Counted from the stretch's first letter, positions 13,154 to 27,387 are shown. The stretch: 64,000 nt of DNA from Chrysomallon squamiferum (GCA_012295275.1 CM022673.1:10664001-10728000), one strand, 5' to 3'. The notes: a model not told the origin generated them from the sequence alone. Translations and numbers: made by a program.

Positions 13154-16100
13154 AACACACAAACACGCACACACACACACAAATAAATAAAACAGTAAGA
13201 TATGTCCATGTAATCTACCAACATGACAAAAAATTGGGGAAATACACTGAAAATTCTGTTTTACCTTGGTGCCTGCAACTGCTTAAAATACAATTAAAGA
13301 AGTTTAAAAAAAACCCAACACATTATATTCTAACCCTGCAAGAGTTATGGGCCTTCTTTCAGCAAATAAAATGTCACTAAATGATTGCATTAGATATATA
13401 AAATTCTGATTTATGACATAACTGGTTAATTTATGGAGAATTTCAGTGAACCATTTTAAAAAAAATATATTTTTTCATTTTTTGAATTTTTATAAATAAT
13501 CACTACAATTCCTGAAAAGTGAACAAAACACACACAGTATGTGACTCTCCTGGTGTTAGCTGTGTACATACCGACAGCTGTTGAGGTATTGCTGGGTGCG
13601 CCTGCCTGTGATATGCTGGAGCTGCTGGCACTGGTGTCAGCGACAGACTTCAGCTTTGTGCAGTTCTTGGGCACGAAGGGCTGACACTTCTCATGACAGT
13701 TGTAACCACAGTCAATACAGTGCATACCTGGAACACAGAAACCAGAAATATAAATAAATAAATAAATAAATTAATTAATTAAAAATTAAAATAAATCAAA
13801 ACAAATTAAATAAAATAAAAAAAATAAAAAATAATATTTAATTAAAATGAAAAAGCCACAAAACAAAAAACATAAAGTTAAAATTTTTTTTTTAAAAATG
13901 CACAAAAAAACCCCCATCAAAAGAAAGATAAAACAATATGGATAATGTTGTTTTACTTAACATTACTACAGCAGTAAGAACACATTGATGAGTTTTTGTT
14001 TTATTTTAAATATTACAGATAAAAATGAACCTATCTTTCATCTAACAGTCATTCAAATTCTCAGTTCCTTGAAATAAGGTGTATTACATATATAAAGTAA
14101 CAAAAAGTGACCAATCGACCAATACCTGTCTTGGACAATCCCCACAAGAGCTGTGTGCAGTAATCGCAATACACGGGCGTGGTGTACGCCTGCTTCTCAA
14201 ACCGGTGGGGCTGACTGAACGACCGAGCAGCCTCGCCCAGGAGCTTTCCTTTGACAAGAATCTCCAGAGTTTCCCTCTTGTGAATGGTTCTGCCGTGCGA
14301 GCGCACGAGCTGCGTGTTGAAGGACACCTGGCGATGAACGGCATCTCGAGACGGAGACTCCAGCTTGTCCCACATCACCTTCCACTTCTGGGGCAGATGT
14401 CCCAGGTCTGTCTCCAGCTGGTGCATGTCCTGCCAAAGAATATAAGATATTGATAAATGAAAAAAGATGTACAATATTTTTAACAGTGAACCACTCAATG
14501 TCCAGCTGATGCATGTCCTACCAAAGAATATGAGATACTGGTAAATGTAAAAAGATGTACAGTATTTTTAACAGTGAACCACTCAATGTGTCCAGCTGAT
14601 GCATGTCCTGCCAAAGAATATGAGATATTGGTAAATGAAAACATTTACAATACTTTTAACAATGAACCAGTGTATGTGTCTAGCTTATACATGTCCTGGT
14701 AAAGAATATAAGAATAGGAAAATACAAGATATAGGAAAATGAAACTGTGTACGATAATATTAACAGTGATGCTATGTACAATGGATGACACTGTTAAACA
14801 ATGAAGCTATGTATGGTACTATTAAAAAGTGAATCAATGAATGCATTGGTTAAGTAGAGTAATAGTGTATGATGTAGGGAAGGTAATGAAATAGTGAATG
14901 GTAAAGTAATATAGAAATGTACAAGAGTTAAACAATGCAAATATGCATTTGATGCATGGTAAATAATGAAAGATATAGGTAAATGAAAATTTTATGATAC
15001 TGTGAAGCAGTGAAACAATGCATGTCCTGATTAAATAATATAATAATGAGAATGCAATTAATTAAATAATAATAATAAGAAGAAAAAGAACAAGAAGAAG
15101 AAAATAATAAGCAAAAGAAAATAATAAGCAAAAGAAAAGAAAAAGCTTTAAATCCAAAACCAGTTTAGAAGTGAACGAGTATAAAGTGGATAGCGAATTT
15201 AGTAACAACTTCTTTCTCTCTCAATCTGTCCAAGAAATTCCTTCTCAAATTTACCAGAAACTGCTTCTCAAAGAAGTTCAGCTCCTGCATCATCATGTTG
15301 TCATAGCAACCACTGAGTATCTTTCTGCGACTGATTTCCATGGCATCAGACTCTTGGTCTTCGTTCTGCCGGAGTTCTCGCTGAGCTACTTCAATGTCGT
15401 AGGATGGACCATGAGCCAAATCTTCTCCGAGAAAGTAATCCCAGATCTTTAAGTTAGAGATGTTGGAATATGGCCGCAGAACCTGAAAAAAACCCAGCAG
15501 AATTTTGTCATTTTCATTACAAAAAACAAACAATGAGACGACAAATTCTATCAAATAATTCAGTAGTTGACTTTGAAAAATAGAAAGAATGATCAGGCTT
15601 ACAATCACATGTATGTTAAGTTACAGATACAGAAAAACACAAATAAAATAGATGAATGATGCAGATGAACAGAAGTGAGAAAAACATTTGCAACAGTGGT
15701 TTAACTATTGACCTATTAACCTGTTTAATTTTGTTCTTGTTATCAGTAAACAACATCTCACGGTGCACCATAAATAAGGAAAAATGACTGCCATCAGTTG
15801 TTTGTGTGCTTGTTATGTTATTAAAGGCTAGTTTTCATTTATACATTAAAGTATACAATGGAAGTGTACAAAATGCATTCAAGCTATCTCCATGATTATT
15901 TTAAGATATTCATATGATTTGAAGATATTCAGAACCAAAACAAAACTTTAATAATAAATCAATGAAACAAAATCAAAATAAGACGTACAAAATCTAATCA
16001 TGATGTCTGTTAACAACATTTTAACATGAAAAAAAACAAATCAAAGTATAGAAAATTTTATTATTTGTTCATTTTAAACTTTTTCTCTTTCACACACTCA

Positions 16101-16869
16101 CAGTTTCTTGTTCATCAGGACTGTACATGAAGTTGTAGAAGATAGGAGAGCGCCGATGATGCTTGTCGATGTAGTCCCAGACAGAAGAGTGTATGCTGCT
16201 GCTGTGGAGGTATTTAGGCTGGAAGCCGAGTTCCTCGTCACCATCGTCGATGTTGAGCATGTGTTTGCCTTCAAGCAACAAACCTGCCTCGACTCGTTCA
16301 AGCTCACTGTCCATCATAAATGTACGAAATCGATTTGATACATAATGGTAGGCCAGAAACTTCAAGTAGTACTGGTTGAACTCAAATGACAGAGGAAATT
16401 GATGGTGTATCTGAAATAAATATACATTTTAGTAGATTTTCATTTGAAGAATAATAGAGAAAACAAATTCATTATACTTAAATATGTATCAAAGGTTGAG
16501 CTATTTTATTTTAAACTGAATTCTGATGACAGAAGAAAATCATAGTGTATCTGAAATAAAAATACATTTAGTAGAATTTTCATTCACAATGTAAAGCAGA
16601 AACCAAATTCATTATGCTTAAATATGTATCTAAAGCCATGCTGTTTTAAGTTAGGTAACTTAAATTAGAAATGTTCTTTGTTCCTTTCCCATCCAACTGG
16701 CAAGCCATTCCTATAAATGTTTAAGCCAGAAATTGATAAAACTAGATTTGAAACACACACAGATAATAAATAAAAATAAATTAAAATAAATAAACAAATA
16801 CATAAATAAATAAATAAATAAATAAATAAAAACTAAATAAAACAAAAGTAAAGAAACAATTTAGATGGT

Positions 16870-16927
<58 letters not shown>

Positions 16928-18869
16928 ACAGAAAGTATTACTAGAAACAAAACACTAATAATACACAAACAGATTTAATAATTTCCAAACCTGATGAACA
17001 ATATCGAGAAACTGTAAGAAGACAGGAGCAAATCCACTGGCCTGGTTGGCCGCAGTCTGGTTGCTACGGTGAGTGAAGCGGTGACCGAATGACAGCCATT
17101 CTTTCTCTACCAGAACTTTGAATCCCTCGATCGTACGGTAGTGAGGATCCAACAGAATCTCGGCCACAGACACCACCTGAAACAAATTTACTGAATTAGT
17201 GATTTTATTTTACCTTTTAAAATAAAAAAATATTTGCAAAAAAAAAAAAAAAAGTAGAGAGGAAAAACATTCTTCAGAATGTGGAAGAACCTTTTTTCAA
17301 AGATGATTTTTTTTTTTCATTATTTTTCCTTAGCAGATGTTGTTATTCATGTGTGTTATTTTTAAACATTTATATTTCATTTTTTTTTTCTTGCTAGAGA
17401 TTATATATATATATATATATATATATCATTAATTGATTATGTGATTTTTATACAGATAATTTTCATGATGTTAAAAACCTTTATTATTATTATTATTATA
17501 ATTTTTTTTTTTTTTTTTTTTTTGTTAGGTTAATTTTGACAGGCATGTTTCACCTGAGTTGTAACATCCCAGCCGTCTTCAAGACAGATCATGACAGATG
17601 AACCCTGAACGTCCAGCAGATCCACTGTAGCCCCAGCCAGCTGTAGAACATTCTGAATCTGAAACACCAAAACAAGTTCAAAAACGTAAGACAATTACAT
17701 ATTAAAAGAACGTAAGTATATAAAATATTTAAAACAAATCTTCAATCTGTTCTAGTCTTAGTTTTATTTTAGTTACTATTTAAATAAAAAGTAACAGTAT
17801 AAAATGAAACTAAAAAACAAAAAAGTAAATAAAAAAAAAAAAAAACAGCAAAGCAAAAAATTAATAATAATAATAATGAAAGAATGTAATCAATAAAAAT
17901 GATTAAAAACAAAATAGAAGTTTTAAAAGTTTAACCTGTTGTAGCCATTCTGATTCCTCTATGGCTTTGTAGAGACATGACTCAGTCTGTGAAGGTGTGT
18001 TTGAGCTTGGCACACATGCCCTCATTAGTTTCTTGAAGCTTGTTTTCACGTGTCGAACTTCAAAGAAATCCACTGGGATGAAATCACATTTTGGAAATGA
18101 TTCTACCTTGATACCCTGAAATAAAAATTATTACAGAAATTAAATTCAAGAATAGAAAATGAGTAACTTGTTGACTGGAAAAAAACAATTTTGACACCAA
18201 CCTTTACTAACAATAAGGGACAAAAAATATAAAATGTTACAGATTGATAGATAGATATGATAATTCTGATTCATTAACTTATTTAAATAAACAACAAAAG
18301 CAAAATGTAATTTATGGATGGACATGGTAATTCCAATTAATTTACTTATTTAAATAATGTATTTTGATTATTTCATGGAAATCACCTTCATCTGAGTCTT
18401 TTCCCCTAGAACATAGAGCGCCACCTTATGGAGTCCTTTTACAGAACTGTTAATCAGGTCACCTCGATAATCCAGACTCCCATTTGCCTGCGACTGGGAA
18501 TCAATGCTTGCTGAAGATATTCTGTTTTTACCTCTCAAGCTGCCTATTCGATTCATTGCTGAAATTTTATTTTAAAAAGAAAAAGAAAAATACTTGTTAA
18601 ACCTTTGATAATTAATGTCAAATGACTGGTGTATTAAAGATCTGTTTGCTCTTGACCTCTGGAGAATATCATTATAATGTAATTTATAACAGACAATTTG
18701 AAAATAATTAAATGTTCAGTAAATAATCACATGAATTTTGTTTTACCACTTTGACTTAATGAAGAAGGTTTTGTGTAATGCTAATAACAAATAACAATAA
18801 TAATAGTTTCAGAAGGAAACAATATAAATTTAAATAATGCTTAATATTTTTTTTAGTATGATGATGATG

Positions 18870-18905
<36 letters not shown>

Positions 18906-20151
18906 TTATTTATAAAATTTTAATTTTTATTATTTATTTTTACTTAATTATTATTTAAATGTGTGCTAAAACAAAAAATGCATTTGTTTTACTGTGCTGC
19001 ATATGAAGCAATTACGATCAAACAAAAATAAATACATTTAAAAAATACTGTTTTGAAAAAAAAATAATAAAATAAATAAAAATTAAAATTAAAATTCAAA
19101 ATTAAAATAGTATAAAAATTAAGAGAACAGAAGAAAACGAATTAAAACCTATGTTCAAATGACAGTTAAGGCTAATAAGCACATTCACTGACATTATAAA
19201 ATTTTATTTCAGAAATAAAAAAGGAACAAATAAAATCCAAACTATTAGAATGAGTTTTTCATATTTTTCAGTTAGTTTTCCAGTTTTCCAAAATAACAGT
19301 GTTTCATTTCATATTCTAATTTAATTGATTTCCAAATAAAACCAAAAAAAAATAAAAATTAATTTTTGAAAATTCTGACACACAAATCTATTCTAATATG
19401 TCTTTAATCTGCAAATAAATAAGTAAATAAATAAATAATGCACAATTTATAACATCTATAAACAAATAACATTATTTAATTAAAACAAAATTTTATTATT
19501 TTTTTAAATATGTAACTAAATAAATTACATGCCAAGCTAAAATTTCCACGTATTTACACACTGAATACTGAACATAAAATCATATTTAAAATAATAATAA
19601 TAATAATAATAATTTGATAAAATCAACAAACTGAACTAAAATTAAGTTTATTAGTAACATATCTGATGCCCGTTTTATAACTTTTAATTTAATATGTTGT
19701 TTTTGAAGAATTTAAACAATTAAAATTAATAAATTTTTTTCTGTATCTGCAAATTCTATAAATAAATGAATAAATTATTTTTAAAATCTGATCAAATTAA
19801 TTTTAAAAAAACCCAAATTTTTAATTATTGAACAAATAAAAATAATAATCTTCGTTATCACCACCATCATCATCATGATTATTATAATAAAAATAATGGT
19901 AATAATAATGACAGCAGTTATAGTAATGATAATGCTAATATAAATTATGGATTATAAAGAAATCACTGATGGTTATAGTATTTTTGTGTTAATAATGTTA
20001 GTCTCTCATGTCTCATGCATGATGATAAATATTTGGTCAGTGTTATTTGATTTTTATTATTTATTATTTCTGGGGAGTATAATGTGAAATGAGAACGGAC
20101 ATAAATAATATGAATATATATTTTATGACACAGATACTGAATCAGTGTGAC

Positions 20152-20182
<31 letters not shown>

Positions 20183-21449
20183 ACAATTCATTTGATAAGT
20201 GCCATGGAATACAAATTGTTAAGTTTTGATATCTGTAAAAATATAAATAATAATAAAGTTTAAATTTATTTTATTAAGTGTTTTTCACTGAAGTAAAAAA
20301 TACAATAATAAAAAACAAAAACAAACCAAAAATATAATAAAAATTACCATTTATACCCAAGGTTTACAAAAAAAAAAAAAAAAAAAAAAAAAACCAACCC
20401 TAAAAATAAAAATAACTAAAAAGAATAATAAAAAAAAAAAATATAAAATAAAATAAAATAAAATATATTTTCCAATTTTAGATAAACACTGTAGAAATGA
20501 GTTTATAAATATACATATAATGTATAATTTCTCTTTTCTTCTTCTTTTTTTTTTTTTTTTTAAATCTTGTTAATAAATAAATAATTTAAATTTCTGGAAT
20601 TGAAAAGGATTTTGAAGATTAAATACATAGAAATAATTTTAAGATATTAACTGAAAATCGTAAGTTGTAGACAGTTATAATCTACCCATGTTAAAAACCC
20701 GACAAAACAAACCCTACACATTCTACAACTGTTAGTATGGATAATGTTCTGCTAATAAACACAACATCTATCTTTCCATGCTTGATCCTAAATGTTACTC
20801 ATACACATTAGATTGTTAGGTAACAATGCTCTGATTGATAATTTTCTTGCCTAAACCCGCCCCCCAAAAACCAACAATACCAAGGGGGAAAAAAACAACA
20901 TATATGTATGTTATTTAAATTTATTCAATTTTATTTTATTTTATTTTGTTATATATATATAAATAAAATAAAATTGAATAAATTTAAATAATATAAATAA
21001 ATAAGTCATAAAAATAACAAAAAAAAAATAATAATAATAATCATAAAAATATCTGTTTTACAGCAAGCACATTGTGATCAGAGTCTTAGATATTTTTTTG
21101 ATGACTATAATAAATGATAAATGCTAGCACCACAAACAGGACAAATGATGGACATCCACAAATGTAAATAAATTTAAAAAAAAAAAAGAAATTAAAAAAT
21201 AAGAAATTAAAGACAGGTTTGAGCATAACAAATGATAACGTGCAAGGCTTGGATACTAATAAGTAAAAAAAAAAAAAAATGTTGTAATACTTGGCCAGCC
21301 TCTTCGAGTACGCCTTGGCATAGTCAAAACTGAAATTTCAGAATTCATTTAGTTTAATTTTTTTTTGCATTTTTGTGGGTTTTTTGTTTTAAGTTCTTTT
21401 TGACAGGGGCAAATATAAAAAAAATATAAATAAATAAATATATAATATA

Positions 21450-21480
<31 letters not shown>

Positions 21481-24400
21481 TTAAATATTAATGGTTACAA
21501 ATATATATGTATTTATAATCCGAAATGTAGATTTACATCCTGTTAACTCACTTTTGTTTTTAAAAATTGCTAATCTTAATTTTTTACCTTTAAATATATA
21601 TATCTATTTCTATATATATATATATAAAATAATAAAATTTTATCGTCTGATCATAGGGTTAACATGAAATGACAAAAACAATACGTGAAGAATTTTTGAA
21701 AAGAAAAAAAGGATGATAAAAAAGATGTCATATTAACTCTTTGGACTCCATGTCCTGCTCTCATTCAGATAAATTACAATCCTCTTTTAAGTTATTAATA
21801 ACACGATGTTTTGACTGGTGGTTGTAGGTGAAATAAAAGATATATTTTGTAATAGAAAAATAAAATACTGATTTCTAAAGTAGTTTTGTCGTACCAATGT
21901 CAGTGATAGCTGTTATTATTAGAAGGTGAGTTTATTGTGTGTAGAAAATCAAATGTCCTATTCCCTTGCTTTGTGTTAATTCAGAAATAGGCCTGAGTCC
22001 AAAGGATTAATACAACAGCAAAAAAAAAAAAAATTAAAATATTTCTCAACTTTAACACAGATTAGATAGAGAAACAATAACTCAAAATTTAAATGTTACT
22101 GAGCAAATTAGATATAGGAACAATCACTTAACTGACTGAAGCAAAGGAAAAAAATTAAATAAATAAATGGCCTTCCATAAAGTATGTATGCCAAAAGGAA
22201 AAGGTGGGGATTACTGGGCATTACATTGAAGAAGTGTGCAAGTGACAGTCTACCGTAAACACACACACACAGACACAGACACAGACATACAAACAGATAT
22301 ATATAAATGTTCATTTTGTTTTATTAACTGTTTTTTATTCTGCATCCAAGATTGGTGTATTGCTAAACTTGAAGGAGGGTGTGCATGTGTCAAAAGCAAA
22401 TTTCTGATTTCGTGCATACACACTTTATGGATGGCTACCACATTTTAATGAATATATAATATAAATATAATGAAATAAGATAACAAAAATCCTCTTTTTC
22501 TTTATTTTGTTATATCCAAGTAATTACTGTTAAAATTCCAGCAATTTTTTTTACAAGATATCAGTAGTTATACTTTAATTTAACTAAAATAGTATTTTTG
22601 TTAATTATTTATAGTAAGTAATGAATTTCATACTGACAGGATAAAGGTCATGAAGTTAGTAAAACTCAGGGTATTTATGTTTAATTTATGACTCTTATTA
22701 AATCAAAAAATCAAAATGATTTGGCAGCAAAATTATGGGATGTGAAGGCATATTAAAAACTGTCAAACTTAAATAAAATTGTTATTAAGTCAAGCAAAAA
22801 TGGTTTAAAAAGCGGAATTAATATTGCTTCCCTCACTTTTGGTGGATACTTTTTGTAAAGCAAAATATTTATAATATTCATTTTATAGAACTCATTCAAT
22901 AACTTAATTATTCATCATTAATGAAATAATAATTATAGAACAGTACAGAAGCTTATACTACGGAAAATAAATATTTAACAAAAGAAATAAAAAAACATAC
23001 ATTTAATAAAGAAATCAGTGCAGAGTCTGAATATATAATAATAAGATTTACAACATATTAAATAAATAAACTTTTAACAATCCAGAATAAAAATTAAAAT
23101 ATTACAAAAAATTAACTTACAGCCGGGTTTGGATTTGCGACCACCATTTCCACGACTTGCTGAATTTGCTTTATATGAAGGGTGCAGGTGAAGGTCGGGT
23201 GTCTCTGGGATGTTCAGAGAGTCTGCCGCGCCCACCATCATCAGGGAATTGAGGCTGGTGAGGGAGTCGCTGTATGACGCGTTGTGGTGCGAACGACTGC
23301 TGCATGGAGTAGCAGACACCAGCGACATGAAGTACTTCTCCTGTTCAATACTCGACGAAGCTTCTCCACTTGAAGTGCCTGGAAAATTTAAATAACAAAC
23401 AAATAAAAAAATAATAATAATAAATAAAAAAAAATTAAACAAAATAATAATAAAAATAAAATAAAAAATGTTTTAAAAAATAAATGAATAAAAAAGTAAA
23501 TAAAACAAAATAAAATAAAATGCCTAAAATCAATTGAAATCAAAGTAATATTAAATTAAATATAAAAAAAATAAATAAAATAAAATAAAAATAAAACAAA
23601 ATAAGTAAAAAATTCAAGAGAACAAAGAATCAGTGTTCAATTACAAAATATTTTGTTTATTTTCTAATTTATTAAATAAACAGTTGTGTTAACCATCAGC
23701 TGAAATACATTATTTATTCACAGACTGTTTTTTATATCTTATAGACACCTTTTTTGTGCTGACAAGCAGAATAACTAAATGCACAAATTTCAATATGATT
23801 ACATTAATTTTTTTCAAAATAGTCTGAAAATACTAGCAATAAAAATAAAGTTTTTCTGCAATATTTTTATATTCTTGGCAGCAAATAAAACTGAATAATA
23901 ATTTTCTATTCATAATTTGTAATTTTTTTTTTTTTTACGCAGTTCAACAGCTTGATATTCTCAAATAACAAATTTTATAAGAAAACAGAAAATTACTGAA
24001 CATCTACCAACCTGTGGAAGGGTTGTGCCTCAGCATTCCCATCAAACCTCGACTGTGAAAGCCACTTGCACGCAGCAGTAAACCTTTTGTTCTAGAGTGA
24101 CGCCAGCATATAACAGGAAACCTGAAGAAGAAAAAAAATCAATCTATCTATCTATACACACACACATGAAGTCCACGATTTTCAAAAATTGTAAAAATAA
24201 ATGAGGAAAACAAGATATTCAAAAACACTCATGACATGTAACTTAAAGATAGTGTTTCTATAAAAGAAGAAGTTTTGAAAATAAGAATGAAAACCAAAAA
24301 ATGTATCATTCCTTTTATAATATAATTCTTAAAATATATTTTAAACTGTTGTTTTTTTTTGTTGTTTTTTTCATTATTATTTTCAATACTGTTTATGGTA

Positions 24401-27352
24401 ATTTGAACTTACCATGCAATTTTTTTTTTTTTTTTTTTTTTTTTAATTAAATTTCTCTTTTTTTTAACTTTCATTTTAATTAAAATATTTTATTTGCTTA
24501 TAAGTAGTATGAAAATTTCATTGACTAGAAATGCTTGAATGTGTGATGTTTTATTATTAAATATTTTAATTGTTCTTAAAGTGAAATAAGTAATAGAAAT
24601 ACCTGTACTGTCTGTGACATCGTGCAAACTTTCGTATACTTTCGTCTGTCACTGACTGAGGTACAACAAGCAGGGCTGGGTAGCTGTGCATACAAAACAG
24701 TGATTTCAATAACAATTAGAAAACAAGTCTAAAATGCAGTTACATATCAGGAATCACGTGATATTAGAAAAAAATTAAGGGCATTACCATGAATGATGCG
24801 ATATATAAAAAAAGTGATATTAGAATAAAACATTTTTAAGGTATTATCATGAATCAAGTGATATTAGAAAAAAAAGTTTGAGAGTATTATCACAAATCAC
24901 TTGATCTTAAAAAACATGTTTTGAGGGTTATTATAACGAATGAAGTGATATTAGAGAAAAAAAGACAGAGTAAATAAATAGTATTTGGATCATCTTTATA
25001 TAGGCCAGGCGAGGAAAAGAACAGTTTTGTTCTGCGAAATTAGTGTGTGAACATCTATGCATTTGTATTATAGTTGTATATCAATAATATTTCTTTTAAC
25101 TTTATATGGTTACTATATTAGGCTAAAACAAAAAAAATAATAATATAAAAATTTAAAAAAATTCTAAGACAAACCTTCTACATACAGAGTAGCTCAAGTT
25201 GGCTGTTGAGATTTAGACAAATTAATAGTTTTAATTATTACTTTTTATTTTTCATCTAAATAATTTTTTTTATTTTTCAGACAAACCTTCTGCAGACTGA
25301 GTAACTCTTGTTGACTGTGGAGATCCGGAAGGGCTCTGAATGAGACTTTTGACCAGGAGTAGACAGGCTGCCCAGTCCAAGACGCTCCAGATCCTGGTAA
25401 CTCGACCTCTCCATCAGTCTCTCCAGGTTCTTAGGATCACTGGACAAAGAGTTTGTGAACTCGTTCTCATCAATCACTGGGAAAAAAAAAAAAAAAAAAA
25501 AAATGGGACCTCACACACACACATATTTTAATATTTATGGTATTATTAGGCTTAGGAGCAAAACTTAAAATGTATTTTTTATTTTTTTTATTTTTTAAAT
25601 TTGTTTTGTATACATATGGAAAAAATAAAATGAAACCAGAATATAATTTAAATTTATCTATGAAGAAACACAAAAGGTTTATCAGAGAAGTCAGAATGCA
25701 AGCATGCATAAAACTTTATCACTGGAAACAAGTCATTACAAGATAGTTATAAACTGTGAGTAAAAAGGTATCAAAACTAAAATATGCATATATATAGTTT
25801 ATTTCATTTTCTAGAAAAATATTTTTTTTTATCAATTTAGAACTATATTTTATCTGCAGATACTTTAAATAATGACTGACATATATAATCTGTTTGAAAC
25901 ATTATATTTTTTAAATTTGCATTTTCTTTTTTTTTCTTTTTTTTAATTCTTTAAAAAAAAAATTCCCATTAAGTATTCCATTTAATCTTGTACAAGATGC
26001 CACTTACTTGACAGATCATCAAATATCTCACTGCTTGGTCTCTCAGACTCGCTGTCAGATGATCTTGGTGAAATGTTCTTTCGTAACATTGGTGGTGTTG
26101 GAAGCACGTATTTCTGTTTATGTGTGGCTGGCTTCGACTTGATCCCTGCCTTTCTAGCTGTCTTCAACAGCGTCTTCTTAGCAAAATGTCTGTTGAAAAA
26201 CAAATAAAGGTTCTTTGATTTTTACATTAAAAACTTAAATTAGAAGTTATTATTTTTTTTCAAGTTGAAATAAATGAAGAAATATTTGTGTACAAGATTT
26301 GTTAGCAACATATGTTTTTAAAAAAAAAAAAAAAAAAAAAAGGTTCTTTGATTTTTAACATATTAATTTTAAATAACTGTTTTTTTTGTAAATTGTTTAA
26401 AGGAAAAAATGAGTTAACACACATTGTAACATTTGTATAAAATATATTTCAAACATATTTATGTATCTTCCTGGTATTTGAGCACCATTATATCATGGGC
26501 TACTCTTATTGACAGCAAGACATTTTTATATCCATTTTAACAGAGAAAGGAAACTGCAACTCATAGAATAGTATCTGATCCACCAGTAATGGAGCCATGT
26601 TTGGAATGGGATATAAACGAATGATAATGCTAATGTACCTTAGAGAGGCATTCTTTTCTTTATGCTTGCTGAGTGGAGTGGCTTCCTGGACCATGTGACC
26701 AATGAATGCGTACGTGACTGAACACATTGGGTGGGTTCCGCACCTTATTAACGAGTTTACGGAATGTTTCAACATTTTCTGAACCCACTTCTTCATCAAA
26801 AGCGATTTTCATCAACTAGAAGAAGAAGAAGAAAAAAATAAAATCAAACATAGATCGTTTTAAAAGTCATATCAAATATACTGAACATAATTCTACGTGT
26901 TTCAGCCAAACATTCTCCTCCTAACTTCCATACACAAAATAATTACTGCATCGTTTTCCTTTTAATTTGAAAATGTTTTTCTTCATAATTATTTTTTAAA
27001 TAAAAATCTTGTTAAAGAATTTACTGGTGAATGAAACATGTTCACTTATAGGCAAGACATCACAGTCCAGTGTATGAGACTACAATACACTGCAATGTAT
27101 TTCATTTTATAACAAACATTAACCTTCAGTGAATATAAATGCATCAAGTTTTAATTTTATAATGAAGACTTTACACAGTTTTCTAACCTGAAACACATTC
27201 GAGCGGAGTTGCAGCCCTTCCTGTGCCCACTGGTCAATATGTGGGATATACTGGACGCTGATCTTCTTTTCACGGGTCAAAGTGGACACCGGGAAACTGC
27301 GTATCACAATATGCTCACAAGCTGAAAAAAAAAAAATAATAAATAAAAATAA

Positions 27353-27387
<35 letters not shown>

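Noticed and set aside
14079-14453. Antisense or alternative-frame ORFs over SBF and VPS18 exons (also 15171, 16108, 23210, 40293, 60260)
   Set aside because: Shadow ORFs produced by the higher GC content of real exons.
22190-22440. Possible further cassette exons in SBF intron 29
   Set aside because: The candidate near 22250 hits a stop in the required frame. A 66-nt phase 1-1 candidate near 22435-22370 lacks a pyrimidine tract and has a weak donor.
26639-26815. SBF as a pseudogene, or programmed ribosomal frameshifting at the exon 24 lesion
   Set aside because: The other 39 exons keep their frame and splice sites, there is no slippery heptamer, and the only internal GT-AG segment I found is 33 nt and frame-neutral. 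An error or a recent allele is simpler.
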